Notes: generated by a model from the letters alone, not told the origin. Shown: positions 11,319 to 25,869, numbered from the stretch's first letter. The stretch is 64,000 bases of DNA from Anaeramoeba ignava BMAN (GCA_028826165.1 JAPDFW010000076.1:248001-312000); one strand, 5' to 3'. A program made the numbers and translations.

Positions 11319-12650
11319 TTAATCCTTCTTTTGATCAGCCCATTCTTCAGAAAGTAAAGCAATAACCTCTGCAGCCTTTTGGATATTAATAGTAGGAATC
11401 CATTCACGTTTAGAATGAAACAAATAGCCACCAGCAAAGATATTTGGAGTCAAAACACCCTGAGTAGATAAATTTGAGCCATCAGTTCCACCTCTTATTG
11501 GCTCATTATTAATAACTTTATCTAAACCAGCTTTTTTCATTGCGGAATAAATTTTGTCGACAATTTCAGGATGAGGCTTCAAATATTCAACCATGTTTTT
11601 GTACTGGTGTGTGATTTTCATATTGATTTTCAAGCCAAAATATTCATATTCAAAAGCTTTTACTAAAGATTCCAAAAATTTGATTTTTCGCTGATTCTTT
11701 TCCTCCTCAAAATCACGGATAATCATGGTGACTTTTGTGCATTCAACAGAGCCTGAAAAGTTATAAATATGGAAATATCCCTCTCTTTTGTTAGTATTTT
11801 GTGGGGTTTGTGATTCAGGAATCTGACTGAAAAACTTGCATGCAATTTCTATTGAGTTGACCATAACACCTTTTCCATAACCAGGATGGACATCTTTGCC
11901 TGCAAATTCGAACTCTACGCGCCAAGCATCGAAGCATTCATTGGAGAGCTCGCCGATAGCTCCTCCGTCAATTGTGTAACAAACTTTTGGCAATTTTGAC
12001 AGGTTTATTTTTTTAGTTCCTCCACCAACTTCCTCATCAGGAGTAAAACACACAACCACTTTTGGATGAACCAGTTTATTAGGGAATTTTTTCCATGCTT
12101 CAACCACAGCCATTATCTCTGCGATACCAGACTTGTCATCGGCTCCCAAAAGGGTATTTCCTGAGGAAGTAATAATTTCTTCACCGATGAACATTTTCAA
12201 ATCTTTTGAATCTATTTCAGGATCAATTGTGATATCAGGGTTCTTTGGAAAATCAATGATACCACCTTGATATCTCTCTATAATACGCGGCTCGACATCC
12301 TTGCCGCTCTCTGCTGGGGATGTGTCCATGTGTGAAATCAGGCCAATTGGGTGATTGTTTTTTTCTGTTTCTTCATAACCAGGTGTTGCTGGTATTGTTC
12401 CGTACACGTAATTGTATTCGTCGTGTGTTATGTCTTCAACTCCTAGTTCTTCAAGCTCCGTTTTTAATAGTTTTCCTAGTTCAAATTGTTCCTTTGTTGT
12501 TGGTGTTGTTTCGCTTTCTTCAGATGATTGTGTGTTGATTTTTACATAACGAATAAATCGTTCTTTTGCGTTGTTTCGAAGAAATGTTGTGATTTCTTCT
12601 GGTAAAGTTGTTTTGGAAAGGAGTTGATTAATTGTGTATTGTGGTTCCAT
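11319..12650 (-). CDS. pepT: Peptidase T (tripeptide aminopeptidase, M20B), intronless
   Basis: Motifs ERFIRYVKINTQS, SHMDTSP, LLGADDKSGIAEI, FTPDEEVGGG, IDGG, HPGYGKG, IRGGTDG, FHSKREW are all characteristic of PepT. Confidence 0.95.
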   Translation of the reverse strand: MEPQYTINQLLSKTTLPEEITTFLRNNAKERFIRYVKINTQSSEESETTPTTKEQFELGKLLKTELEELGVEDITHDEYNYVYGTIPATPGYEETEKNNHPIGLISHMDTSPAESGKDVEPRIIERYQGGIIDFPKNPDITIDPEIDSKDLKMFIGEEIITSSGNTLLGADDKSGIAEIMAVVEAWKKFPNKLVHPKVVVCFTPDEEVGGGTKKINLSKLPKVCYTIDGGAIGELSNECFDAWRVEFEFAGKDVHPGYGKGVMVNSIEIACKFFSQIPESQTPQNTNKREGYFHIYNFSGSVECTKVTMIIRDFEEEKNQRKIKFLESLVKAFEYEYFGLKINMKITHQYKNMVEYLKPHPEIVDKIYSAMKKAGLDKVINNEPIRGGTDGSNLSTQGVLTPNIFAGGYLFHSKREWIPTINIQKAAEVIALLSEEWADQKKD

Positions 12651-12846
12651 TTATTTTTTAATTTATTAAAGAGAAAAATGAAAAATTAAAAATGAAAAAT
12701 GAAAAAATTAATTGGAAAATCTTTTTTTTTCAATTTCTTTTTTAATTTCTTTTTCTTCTTATACTTTCATTTTATTAAAATCTTTGAAAGAAGAAAACAA
12801 ATATTTTTTGTTTAAAAAAGAAAGAAGAAAAAAAAAATTTTTTTAT

Positions 12847-15800
12847 TCAATCCATTCTTTTAATTGCTTTCATACTAACTAATCTTGCCATAATATAATC
12901 TTTTGAGAAATCATAAGGTCTATCTTTTGATGGAATTTCCACAATAACAGGAATTGGATCTTCATGAGCATCTATTAAATGTCGAATTAACTCAGCAATC
13001 TTTTTGATATAAATTTTGATATAAATTTTGATATAAATTTAAATATAAATATAATTATAAATTTTGATATAAATTTAATTATAAATTTTGATATAAATTT
13101 TGATATAAATTTAATTATAAATTTTGATATAAATTTTGATATAAATTTTGATATAAATTTTGATATAAATTTAAATATAAATTTTATTATAAATTTAAAT
13201 ATAAATTTTATTATAAATTTAAATATAAATTTTATTATAAATTTAAATATAAATTTTGATATAAATTTTATTATAAATTTAATTATAAATTTAATTATAA
13301 ATTTAATTATAAATTTAATTATAAATTTAGATATAAATTTAATTATAAATTTAATTATAAATATAATTATAAATTTTTGATATAAATTTAATTATAAATT
13401 TTGATATAAATTTTTGATATAAATTTTGATATAAATTTTGATATAGATTTAATTATAAATTTTGATATAAATTTTGATATAAGTTTTTGATATAAATTTT
13501 GATATAAATTTAAATATAAATTTAATTATAAATTTTAATTATAAATTTAAATATAAATTTTAATTATAAATTTAAATATAAATTTAATTATAAATTTAAT
13601 TATAAATTTAATTATAAATTTAAATATAAATTTAATTATAAATTTAATTATAAATTTAATTATAAATTTAATTATAAATTTAATTATAAATTTAATTATA
13701 AATTTAAATATAAATTTAAATATAAGTTTTTGATATAAATTTTGATATAAATTTAATTATAAATTTAATTATAAATTTAAATATAAATTTAATTATAAAT
13801 TTTGATATAAATTTAATTATAAATTTAATTATAAATTTAAATATAAATTTAATTATAAATTTAATTATAAATTTAATTATAAATTTAATTATAAATTTAA
13901 TTATAAATTTAATTATAAATTTAATTATAAATTTAATTATAAATTTAATTATAAATTTAATTATAAATTTAATTATAAATTTAATTATAAATTTAATTAT
14001 AAATTTAATTATAAATTTAATTATAAATTTAATTATAAATTTTGATATAAATTTTGATATAAATTTTGATATAAATTTTGATATAAATTTTGATATAAAT
14101 TTTGATATAAATTTTATTATAAATTTAAATATAAATTTTATTATAAATTTAAATATAAATTTTATTATAAATTTAAATATAAATTTATTATAAATTTAAT
14201 TATAAATTTTGATATAAATTTTGATATAAATTTAAATATAAATATAATTATAAATTTAATTATAAATTTTGATATAAATTTAATTATAAATTTTGATATA
14301 AATTTAATTATAAATTTTGATATAAATTTAATTATAAATTTAATTATAAATTTAATTATAAATTTAAATATAAGTTTAGTTATAAATTTAATTATAAATT
14401 TAATTATAAATTTAATTATAAATTTAATTATAAATTTAATTATAAATTTAATTATAAATTTAATTATAAATTTAATTATAAATTTTGATATAAATTTAAT
14501 TATAAATATAATTATAAATTTTGATATAAATTTAATTATAAATATAATTATAAATTTTGATATAAATTTAAATATAAATTTTGTTCTAAATTTAAATATA
14601 AGTTTTGATATAAAATTTGATATAAATTTAAATATAAATTTAAATATAAATTTTGATATAAATTTAAATATAAATTTTGATATAAATTTAAATATAAATT
14701 TTGATATAAATTTAAATATAAGTTTTGATATAAGTTTTGATATAAATTTTGTTCTAAATCTAAAAATAAATGAAGCTCTTAATAATTACATGCTGATTAA
14801 TAATTATAATTGCAATATCTCTTCTAGAAAGAAAATTATGAAATGAATTTTCAATAACATCTTGAGGAGTTTCTAAAATAAAAAATAAAAAATAAAAAAT
14901 ATTTGTATTTGTATTTGTATTTGTATTTGTATTTATAATTATATTTATATTTATAATTATATTTGTATTTGTATTTGTATTTGTATTTGTATTTGTATTT
15001 GTATTTGTATTTGTATTTGTATTTGTATTTGTATTTGTATTTACAATTATATTTATATTTAGATTTATATTTTTATTTATATTATATATTTATATTTATA
15101 TTTATATTTATATTTTTTTAAATTTATGTTTATATTTATATTTAAAATTTGTATTTATATTTAATTTATTTTGTATTTGTATTTTTTATTTTGTATGATT
15201 TATATTTTATATTTATATTTATATTTATATTTATATTTATATTTATATTTATATTTATATTTATATTTATGTTTATATTTATATTTATATTTATATTTAT
15301 ATTTATATTTTTATTTATTTTATATTTATGTTTATATTTTATATTTTATTTTTGTTTTTATATTTATAAATTTATTTATATTTATATTTATGTTTTTATT
15401 TATATTTATATTTATGTTTTATATTTATGTTTATGTTTTATGTTTATGTTTTTTTTGTTTTTATTTTATATGTTTTACATGTTTGTATTTTATGTTTATA
15501 TTTTTTATGTTTTTTGTGTTTATATTTATGTTTATATTTTATGTTTATATTTATATTTATGTTTATATTTATTTGTGTTTATGTTTATATTTTATATGTT
15601 TATGTTTATATTTATATTTTATATTTTTATTTTTATGTTTATTTATATTTTATATTTTATATTTATGTTTATGTTTATTATTTATGTTTATGTTTATGTT
15701 TATATTTTATGTTTATATTTATGTTTTATTTTTGTTTTGGAATTTATGTTTATGTTTATGTTTATGTTTATTTTTATATTTTATGTTTATATTTCCATGT

Positions 15801-16835
15801 TTATGTTTATGTTTATTTAATTTATATTTATATTTATATTTTATGTTTATGTTTATATTTATATTTTGTTTATTTTATTTTTATTTTTATGTTTAATTTT
15901 AATTTATGTTTTATATTTATGTTTATGTTTATGTTTATTTTGTATTTTATATTTGTGCATTTTTTATGTTTGTATTTTGTGATTTGTGTTTTGTGTTTGT
16001 GTTTGTATTTGTGTTTGTATTTGTATTTGTGTATTTGTATTTGTGTTTCATTTTGTATTTATGTTTATGTTTATATTTATATTTATATTTATATTTATAT
16101 TTATATTTATATTTATGTTTATATTTATATTTTGTATTTATATTTGTATTTATATTTGTTTATGTTTGTATTTATATTTATATTTATATTTATATTTATA
16201 TTTTATATTTATTTTTATATTTATATTTATATTTATGTTTATATTTGTATTTGTATTTGTATTTGTATTTGTATTTGTATTTGTATTTGTATTTATATTT
16301 GTATTTATATTTGTATTTTGTATTTGTATTTGTATTTGTATTTATATTTATATTTATATTTATATTTATATTTATATTTTATATTTATATTTATATTTAT
16401 ATTTATATTATATTTATTTATATTTTGTATTTGTATTTTATATTTTATATTTATATTTAGATTTATATTTATATTTATATTTATATTTATATTTATATTT
16501 ATATTTATATTTATATTTATATTTATATTTGCATTTGTATTTGCATTTGTATTTGTATTTGTATTTGTATTTGTATTTGTATTTGTATTTGTATTTATAT
16601 TTGTATTTGTATTTGTATTTGTATTTGTATTTATATTTATATTTATATTTATATTTATATTTATATTTATATTTATATTTATATTTAAATTACTATTATC
16701 AACAATTAAGAAATTGGGATTCTTTTTTAAACCAGAATCTCCAACTCCAGCTAAAATAAATCCTGTAACTGTATCTCTATCTCCAATAACAGCTGCTAAT
16801 TGTCCTTCATTTGGTAAAAAAGTTTTTTGAGCCAT
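12847..16835 (-). CDS. ATP6V1F: V-type ATPase subunit F (125 aa, 3 exons)
   Basis: Exons 16835-16694 ([20 protein letters not shown]...NFLIVDN), 14872-14790 ([25 protein letters not shown]), 12999-12847 ([30 protein letters not shown]...*). GT-AG boundaries and phases are consistent. Confidence 0.95.
13000..14789 (-). repeat. Intron 2 of V-ATPase F, filled with a 12-13 bp tandem repeat (ATAAATTTAATT / ATAAATTTTGAT on +)
   Basis: Directly visible, ~1.8 kb. Confidence 0.9.
14873..16693 (-). repeat. Intron 1 of V-ATPase F, filled with a hexamer microsatellite (TATATT/TGTATT/TATGTT on +)
   Basis: Directly visible; explains the spurious ORFs 15149-16830. Confidence 0.9.
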
Positions 16836-17131
16836 TTTTGTTAAATTTTAAAAAAGAAAAAAAATGAAAAAAATGAAAAAAAAAATTTAAATTGATTTTT
16901 TTTGATTTGTTGTAAAAAATTTATTTTTAAATCAATAAAAATTAAATTTGGATCATTTGACCATTTCTAAAATTTAATTTTAATTTTAATTTTAATTTTA
17001 ATTTTAATTTTAATTTAAAAATTGATCAATAAAAATATTTTTTTCATTTTTTTTGTTTTTCATTTTTTTTGTTTTTCATTTTTTTTCTTTTATTCATTTT
17101 TTTTCTCATTTTTTTTTTAAATAAAATTCAA

Positions 17132-20100
17132 ATGGAAAATCAAATCGAAAGTAATTCCAAAACATTAACAACACCAGAAGCATTTACATCAGTTACAAAA
17201 GCATTTCAAAAATCACTTTCAACAGAAATTTATTCACTTCTTGATTTTTCAAAAGAACAACAACTTCAAATCAACAAAAATAAAAAACAATCCGAACAAA
17301 ATCTAGACATTAAAATATGGAAAAATTTCCCAAAAAATCAATCATTTTATCACAGATTTTTAACTCAATTCACATCAATTGGAAAATCATGTCCAATTTG
17401 TGCAATTCAATTAATACTTAATTTTCTACCAGAATTTTCGAAAATTATTTCTTCAATTGATCCTGCTTTTTCAAATCAAGAAATAACTGATTCTCCACTT
17501 TCTTTTGATTCTTTTTTGCGAACTATTTTTAATTATAATAAAAAAGAAAAAGATTTCGATATTCTTCAATCCGTTGGAAATTTAATTGTTGCTGATACTA
17601 TTTCTTATATATTTCGAGATTCCAAATTGAATTCAAATTTTCTTGACGAACAAACTGTTAATTTATTATTAGAAATTGCACTTATTTTTTTCCAACCAAA
17701 ATCACCAAAGTAAAAACAAAAAAAAAGCAACATTCTTTTTAAATCAAAATTAAATTTATTTTTTAATTTTTGCTTTTTAGAAAATTACTTCCTCTTTTAT
17801 GGAATTCTTATCAATCTCAAATTACTAAAAAATGGGCAATTATTATTGGTTATTTATCAATTCACAATTTCGAATTAATTTCAACTAAATTTTTTATTGT
17901 TCTTAATTCTAAAAAAGCATCTCAAAACGAAAGTATAATTTCATTACTAAAAGGACTTAGATTCATTTCAACAAAAGTAAAAATATTTTAAATATTTTAA
18001 ATACTTTAAATATTTTAAATTTTATATTATTTTAAATACTTCAAAGAACGCTTCAAATGAAAATCTCGATTTCTTCCTTCAATCTTACTTGCAAATCTTG
18101 AAAATTCATTCAAAAGCTTCGTTTAGATTAGTTCAATTGAAAACTTTTGAAAATTTCATTTCTCAAATTGATTTCTCAAACCAAACAAACTCAAAAATTT
18201 TCGATATTATCGAACAATTCTACAAACAAATCCAAAAAATTTCTAAAAATAAAACACTCAAAGAAGTTTGCACAAAACTAATGGTCACAATCCTTCTTCA
18301 CTCTACTTCAAATTTCTATGAAAAAAACAAAGCCTCTCTCATTTCGAAAAAAATATTCAGCCAATTCAAAAAAGAAAAAAAACAAAAATTTGCTTTGGAT
18401 ATCTTTATAAGAATATTACGCCAAGCTACTCCAAAATTCAATTTGGAAACCCAAAGTTATTTACCTTATATTGTTAGTGAATATCTCATTTCCTTTGATG
18501 AAAATTACCACAAAGAAAAAGGTATGAGAATAAACAATAACGGAAATCAATCCAAAAAATATTTAAGATTAAAAGAAACTTTTGTTTTTGTTTAGAAAAA
18601 TGCATTTTCCAAAAAAGAGTAAAGAATGATGTAAATATGGAAGAAATCATTGACATGCTTCTTGATGATTCTCTCAATTTCCAAAAAAACATCTCAATCG
18701 AATTTTCACAATTAACGCATTTGGCTGAAGTTCTTGTTTTAATTGCTTCTTACAATCTCGAAAAATTTACTACCAAAGTATTTGTGCCTTTGATTGCTAA
18801 GGATAAAGTGGAAAGCTTATTTTTAATAGTCAAAATATTTCGGCTGCTCAATTCAAACAAAATCAAAAAATTCATCAATGAAAACCCGCAAAACCAAAAA
18901 CAATCGCAAAGCAACTTCAATAAAATTCACAAACTTTTCAGTGAAAAAATCAACAAGATACTTTCTTTATGCGAAAAAAACACATTTTCCAATCAAACAC
19001 AGCAAGCAATCCCCATTTTATGCCCAACTGAATCAAGACTTTTTTCAGAAACAATGAACACAAAAACAACCGAAAAAGACGATCAAAAACATTTGGTCTT
19101 TTTCAATGAGAATAATTTCAAATTGCAAGAAAAAATCAACCAAAAATCCAAAATTCAACGATCAGCAACAGACGAAAATCAAAAAATAATTGAGAAATGG
19201 ATCCAAAAGTCAGGGATTGACAAAAAAATCATCCCAGAATTTGTGGAAATGAAATTCCAACTTGAGAATTCACTTCAAAACTTTTCGATAAGTCGATACA
19301 AACAGAAATCCAAAGAAGAACAACACGAATGGATGGAGCTATACAAAGAAGTGATGAAAGTACTGCCTGCAATCAACGATATCGACGCACAATTGAGTGA
19401 TCTTGGGTGTTTTGAGAAGGTAGTTTGCCATCAAGACAGACAGCTTGCGACACTCTGTTCTTATGCAATCCAGGATATTTTTATCGAAAAACCCGATTCG
19501 CGGTTTGTGATTATCGAGGATTTGCTGCTATTGATTAATAATCCACAATACAAAAACCAATCCGCTTTAACAACATTATTTTGGCAACTTGAAATGATAC
19601 TTGATTTATATACAAAACGTTTGGAAATTGAAAAAAACGAAGAAAATTCAATCATTTCTGAAGTTCAAGAGAAACGATTATCAAGAAAAAACATAAGAAC
19701 ATCAACATCCCACATTTTGGATCCCAAGAAAAACGCAATTTTTATTGATTCTGATTGGTTTATCAATATTGACTCGCTTGCTCTGAGTTTTATGTGCCAT
19801 CCCGTATCTTGTATCCGTTCAAGTGCGCTTTCTGTTTTGAAGAAAATATGGAGAGTGCAAAAATTACTGCCCAATATCAGTCCCGAAAGCAAATACACAA
19901 GCTTCTGGGAGGATATACAGATCAACTACAACACAATTTGCGAAAAGGTTCGTTTCAAATATATTCTTGAGCTTCTAAATGGGTTCCGAAATGAGGTGCA
20001 AATTGAGAAAAGCTATTCAACAATAACAATTGAAAAAGCCGCACTGTCACAAAACCAAGTGGTGTGGCTGCTTTTCCTTTCTGAAATTGGAGCCCTTCTT

Positions 20101-23100
20101 GCAGAGAACCAGAACATCAATTTGGTCAAATTGACAAAGTATTCTGTGATGCAGAAAATACACGAACAAAACTCAGCCCAAGTTGTTTACACATCCGAAA
20201 CAAGTTTTAATTATTACGCAAATTTGAATCTTTTTCTTCTTTCTTTTGCCGATCTTAGTGCTAACGTAATTAACAGCCAGGAAAAAGTGCAATTTGAATT
20301 ATCCGAAAAGGAAAAAACAGAAAATCCTCTTTCAAACCAATATTTCACTGATAATGTTGGCAAATGGTTTATTCTCCGCGAAAGAGGATCCACAGAAAAC
20401 GCATTCAAAGCAATAAACATGTTTGAATCAAGCGCATTTGTTGAAGCGATTATTCCCGAATTTTCAAAAGCTTTGTACCATTCTGAGCAGAATTATCGCA
20501 ATTACTCAATATTGGTTTTTGGGATGGCAAATTCCAAAAACATTTCGCCAATTATTCACGAGCTTATTGAAGGCAAAGAGTATGCCAACTATCTCAAATC
20601 CAAATCTTCCCAGAAATCACGAGCAATTGGGGATCTTGCATTAGCAATTCGGATCATTTCGCAGAACAGAAATATCCAAATCGAAATCCGTAAAAAATCA
20701 ACAATGGTCATGAATTTCTTGCAATTTATAAAAATGAGCGAGCAAAGTCTCATTGTAAAACCCTCGCGAAAAAGCAACAGAAAAATGAGCTATTTGCACT
20801 CTGTATCGCTTACCTCAGACACTGGACTATACCATCCATATTCACACTCAATAAATCATTGCCTCATTTTGGCGAACATCAATGATTACATCTCAAAGGA
20901 ATCACGAATCCACACACAAGGATTGCTCAAACACAACTTCTATGTAACCCAAATTGACGATTTTTGGCCGAGAAAAGAGAGATTGGAATGCTTCAACTTC
21001 ATCAAAATATGGTCTGGTCATGGGAGCGAGCAAGCAAAGCATTTTGCCCAAATTCAAGAAACGGAAATCGAGAATTTGGTCTCGCGATTAAAGAACCAAA
21101 ACGAGCAACAAATAACGGAAAAGAAATCAAGATACATGGTGGATCATCTCAGATTATCTGCTCATCTTGCAATGACAAATATAGCAAAATTGGGTCCGTT
21201 ATTTTTGTCGGTTGAAGAAATGGATCAGCAAAGCCAACAATGGTTTATTGATTCCGAACGCAAAGGATACAAAATGCTGAAATGGCTTCTTTCGTTCCAT
21301 TTTTCGGATATTCTTGAGAAATATGTCGATTTTGCTTATCACAGCAAAAAGGAAGATGCTGATCTTTTTTGGATCTCAATATGCGACCAGTTTATTGATT
21401 ATAAACCAAAAATGAGCGAGTTTTCATCAACTGGAATTTTGAGAGATGTTCTTTTTTTCTCAATGGAATACCAAGAAAACCAACTTGAAAGAATTAGGTT
21501 TCCCGAATCAAAGAAAAAGTTTTTTCTGAAGGCAAAAACTTACAAACGAGAAAAATTTGGTTCGCATTATCTTCTTAATTCTCCTCAAATCAGACAACAA
21601 AATAACGAAAATACCGAACATTTTCATCACGAAGATTCTATTGACCCGAAAAAACAAGAAATCATCAACCAGGATTATGAGGAATTCATGAGCACAGTCA
21701 CAAAAAGCTTCGGTGTTATCACTTTGTTGGCGCTTCTGAATCTCTTCAATTCAAACCAGAAGGTTCGCTCCAAAACATTCAAAATGATGTCAAGAACGAT
21801 TCCTGCTATTGTGAGTCGAGAAGCAGCCAAACGCAGCATTCCTGCCAAGAAAATTGAGGATCTCCAAAACAAACTCCATGAATTGCGGAGAAATTTATTT
21901 GGAACAAATTCCATTTCGCTCAGGAAATGGGCTTTAGAAGTAAACTCTTTGGTTGCCAAAACTTGTTCCTCATTTTCAGAACAAATTCTGAACGAAGTTT
22001 TCGGCAGAATACAAGATCAAAAAAGAACAGGAATTTCTTTGAATAGCGAAAGAAGAGAGTGTCTTTATCAAATCCTTGTTGAATGGATTAAAAACGTTTC
22101 GATTGTTGATAAATTCATTGCGATCGGAACAGGTTCAAAGCAAATCCAAACGGAAATCAAGACCAAAAGAATACTCAATTCCATTTTTGATATGACGATG
22201 AACGAACTGGAAGAAACCATGAATTTTTCGAAGTCTCTTTCTGACATATGGGTCTATTTAGTAACGCCAAAAGAGAATCTTGACGAAGACGCAGACACAC
22301 AACCAAAAACACCAGTCAGAACATTAACATTAGCGCTCACTTCTGCTCAACAAACAAAAATCAATGAGAATATGATCTATGTTCTCCAATTTTTAATCAA
22401 ACAGCATAATAAAGGCGAGAAATATGGATCTTTAAGCCGCAAAATTGCTGTGTTTTTATTCCAGAATTTCCCGCAAGAATCATTGATTCCGCTTGTTTAT
22501 CGACTTACTTTTACTTCATGGAATCGCATGAACGGAATCAAATCAAAACTTCTTTATCAGAATATTCCGAAAGATTTTGCATCAAGTTTTGAACACAAAT
22601 CAAAAGAGCAATTTACAAAGGAATTCTTGGACATCCAAGAGGAATTCCGCAACCAATTAGCGCAGCACAAAACAAACCAATCAGCAATGCTTTTTTCAGA
22701 CACCTGCTTAAGAATTCTCAATGATTTCTTGATCGAAGACATTTCGCCAATACTCCCTTATATTCACATCTTGATCCACTATTCTATACTTCGTATTGGT
22801 TGCGCAATTTATGAAGATTCAAAAGAAAAAAAACAACTCCATCTTGAGATACTGATAAGTATTCTCCATTCTCTTTTGAATATCGCCATTCAATCTCGCG
22901 ATATCGAGTCTTCTATTTGGATCCAAAATATGATCGAAATCACAAAAAGTCTCACAATTAAAGGATATTCTTTGGTTTGGAAAGGTCTTCGTGCTTCAAA
23001 AGCAAATATCTCATCAGAAACAAAGGAAAAAAAACCTCAAAGCAAACTTACTCTGAATCTTCTTTACAACAAATTCAACATGAGAAAAAGTGGATTCTTT

Positions 23101-25869
23101 TTCCGCAATAAAAAACGTTTGAGCAACACAGAAATGGATTTCTCAAACATCAAACAAACACAAAACATGCCGCTAAACATGAGAAATGTCGAGGATAAGC
23201 AATTACAAGAAATTCAATTGATTGAAAAATTCTCTTCAATTTCCCTTTTCCAAAAAGACATGATTATAAAGAATTTCTTTGGCAAGAAAGACATCGAGAA
23301 AAAAGAAGACGAAGTAATAGACGAAAAAGAAAAAGAGGAAGAGAAACGGTATTTGGAAGAGAAACAGAGAGTAGAGGAACTAATGCTGATCCAGCCATGG
23401 ATCACCAACACAATCGCTATTTCTGATTTTGTTTCACAACTTTCGACATCAATCAAAAAAATTGTTCCGAAAATTGATAAATCTCTCGGAAAAGAATCAT
23501 TGAAATGGGCGCTGTTTTGTGTCGATCCTTTATATTCTCTAATCAGCTCTGAAATTTATTCGGCATCGCTTTCTCCTCTTAATGAAATTATTATCCAAAA
23601 GTTGATCCAAAGAACACTTTTTGGGTTAAATTCAATGATTTCCTTTTCGTACAAATTGAAAACATCGCGAAGCATGAGATTCCATCTTTCAAAAAACACA
23701 CAAGTTAAATCAACCCGGAGAATTGATCTTGTTCGCATGGGTTTTGGTGATGAAGACGAAGACAACAATGACGACGATAACAATGATAACGATGAAAATC
23801 AAGTGGAACAAATTCAACCACATATCTATCTTTCTTCCTTGATAAGGCTTCTATATTCCGTCACAAAAAAACTCTCAGAAAAAAGCAAACTGAATTCTTA
23901 TCCAGAGATCTTCTGGACTTCAGTTTCGCTCCTCCGTTGCACTCAGCTCATGAATATTTACCAGCAAAGCATCCGTATTATCGAACTATTCATTTATAAT
24001 TCCATTTTATTCAAAAATTTGGAAATCAACAACGATTCAAAAGAAAAAAAACAAAAGCATTCAAGCTCTTTTGGATTGGAATCCTTTAAATCTTTCTCAG
24101 AAAACTGGCGGAAATCATTTGAAGGAATTCAGCCCTTGCTGATTCCCGCATTTTCTTTTGGCTGCACGCGCAAGAAGTTCCTTGGATTAATAACCTCGCT
24201 TAATAGTTTCAAATCACACTATTTAGTCGACCATTCCGAATCTCGTTATCTGATTGGAATTCTTGGTCTTTTGCCGTGGTTCCAATTCATTTTCTTCCAA
24301 AAACCACTTGCAAACACAAAAGTGAATGAAGACACTGGAAGATCAAGAGCAAAACAATTGAGCGAATGGATTGGCAAAGAGCTTCCAAAATTAGTCCCGA
24401 ATTCCCAAAATCTTGCCGGTTTATTTTCTGAGTTTTCCCAACCAAAACAAGAAGAAAACTTCTCGCAATTCGCATCCAATGTTTGCTCAGAATTAACAAA
24501 GTTATTTTTCCCCAAATTTGCCTCTGAAGCGGCTAAGATGATTGCCATTATTTCTGGAAGTGGACCGTCTCCATTTTTTGATGCTTCACTTGATATTGCT
24601 CGATATTTTCTTGAGCAAGAAAACTCTCATTTAGTTTATCATCATTTTTCCGAAATTGTGAAAATTGCTTTGGAAAATTTGAATTCAATCGAACATCAAA
24701 AATCCATTCTTTCTCTTTTGGAAACTTCTGCTCGTGTTTCTTCATCTTTGGATCCTGATCATTTGCCTGATCAACTTGACAATCAAAATCAAAATCATCT
24801 TGAAATGCGATTTTCTTTAAAGGATGCTGAAGATTCGCTTACAAATGTTGTTATGGAAATGAATTTTCAAATGAAAGCAAAACTCCAAAACAAACACAAA
24901 ATTTTTCCTTTAACAAAAAGAATTTTTGAAGAACCTGTTATTTTTTCTCAAAATATCGAAGTTGATAATTCCGAAGAAAAATTAGAAAGAGTTTTTTCAT
25001 TTAAAGAAATAAAAAATCAAGTTCCAAAACCAATACAAAACAAAGAAGAAAAAGAAAAAGAAAATCAAATTGAAAATCCAAAAGAAATTGAAAATCAAAT
25101 TGAAAATCAAATTGAAAAAGAAATTGAAAAAGAAATTAATCTTGATTCTGAAGATGATGAAGATGATGAAAAAAAAGAGCCTTTGAATCAAGAAAATCCA
25201 AATGATTCAAATATTCAAAAAATAACAACAACTCCAAAAAGTATCCAAAGTTCAGAAGAAGAAAACCAAGAAAAAATAGCAAATAATCCAAAAAGCGAAA
25301 CAAAAACAGATGAAAATGAAGATATTGATATTGATATTGATATTGAATTCAAAACTGAACCCAATTCACTTGTTCAAAAACAACAGGAATTCAATGAAAG
25401 ACAAAAATCAACATTGAATTTTAAGCAAATGATTTCAATTAAACAAGATTCTCAAGTTTTAAATCGGGAAGAAATTGAAAAGCAATTCAAAGAAATGATC
25501 CAAAATGAAAATTTAAGAGATCAATTTGGAATTTTTATTGAGAATAATCTTTCAGATGAAGAATCAATTATTTTTCTTTTTTATGAAATTGTCTTGAATT
25601 ATTTATCTTCTCCAAAAGGAAGTAAAGAATCTCTTTCATTTGCTCAATCGATTATTAAAAGATTTATTAATGAAGATTCTTTTGAAAGAATTCCAATCAA
25701 ACTTCAAACAATGAAACAAATTTTCGAAAAATTTCAATTTAATGAAAATTCTCATCCTGATTCTACTTTATTTTCAGATGCAATTGAAGAAATTACTCCC
25801 ATTTTATTACAATCTTTTAAATTATATCTTCAATCAAAAAATCAAAATCAAAATCAAAATCAAAATTAA
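17132..25869 (+). CDS. Furry/Tao3/Mor2-like large HEAT/ARM scaffold with C-terminal RGS domain (~2800 aa, 4 exons)
   Basis: Exons 17132-17709, 17781-17976, 18047-18521, 18596-25869 with consistent phases (2,0,1). Furry-like C-terminal motifs PEIFWTSVSLL and FEGIQPLL. RGS-like end FKEMIQNENLRDQFGIFIENNLSDEE..FLF...AQSIIKRFI...IPI...LFSDAIEEI..IL.QSFKLYL. Confidence 0.75.

Noticed and set aside
15149-16830. Long hydrophobic ORFs (FIFIF/YLYLY)
   Set aside because: Translations of a stop-free hexamer microsatellite antisense to V-ATPase F intron 1.
18486-25191. Many short antisense/alternative-frame ORFs within the Furry-like gene
   Set aside because: Shadow ORFs of a long coding exon with no independent motifs.
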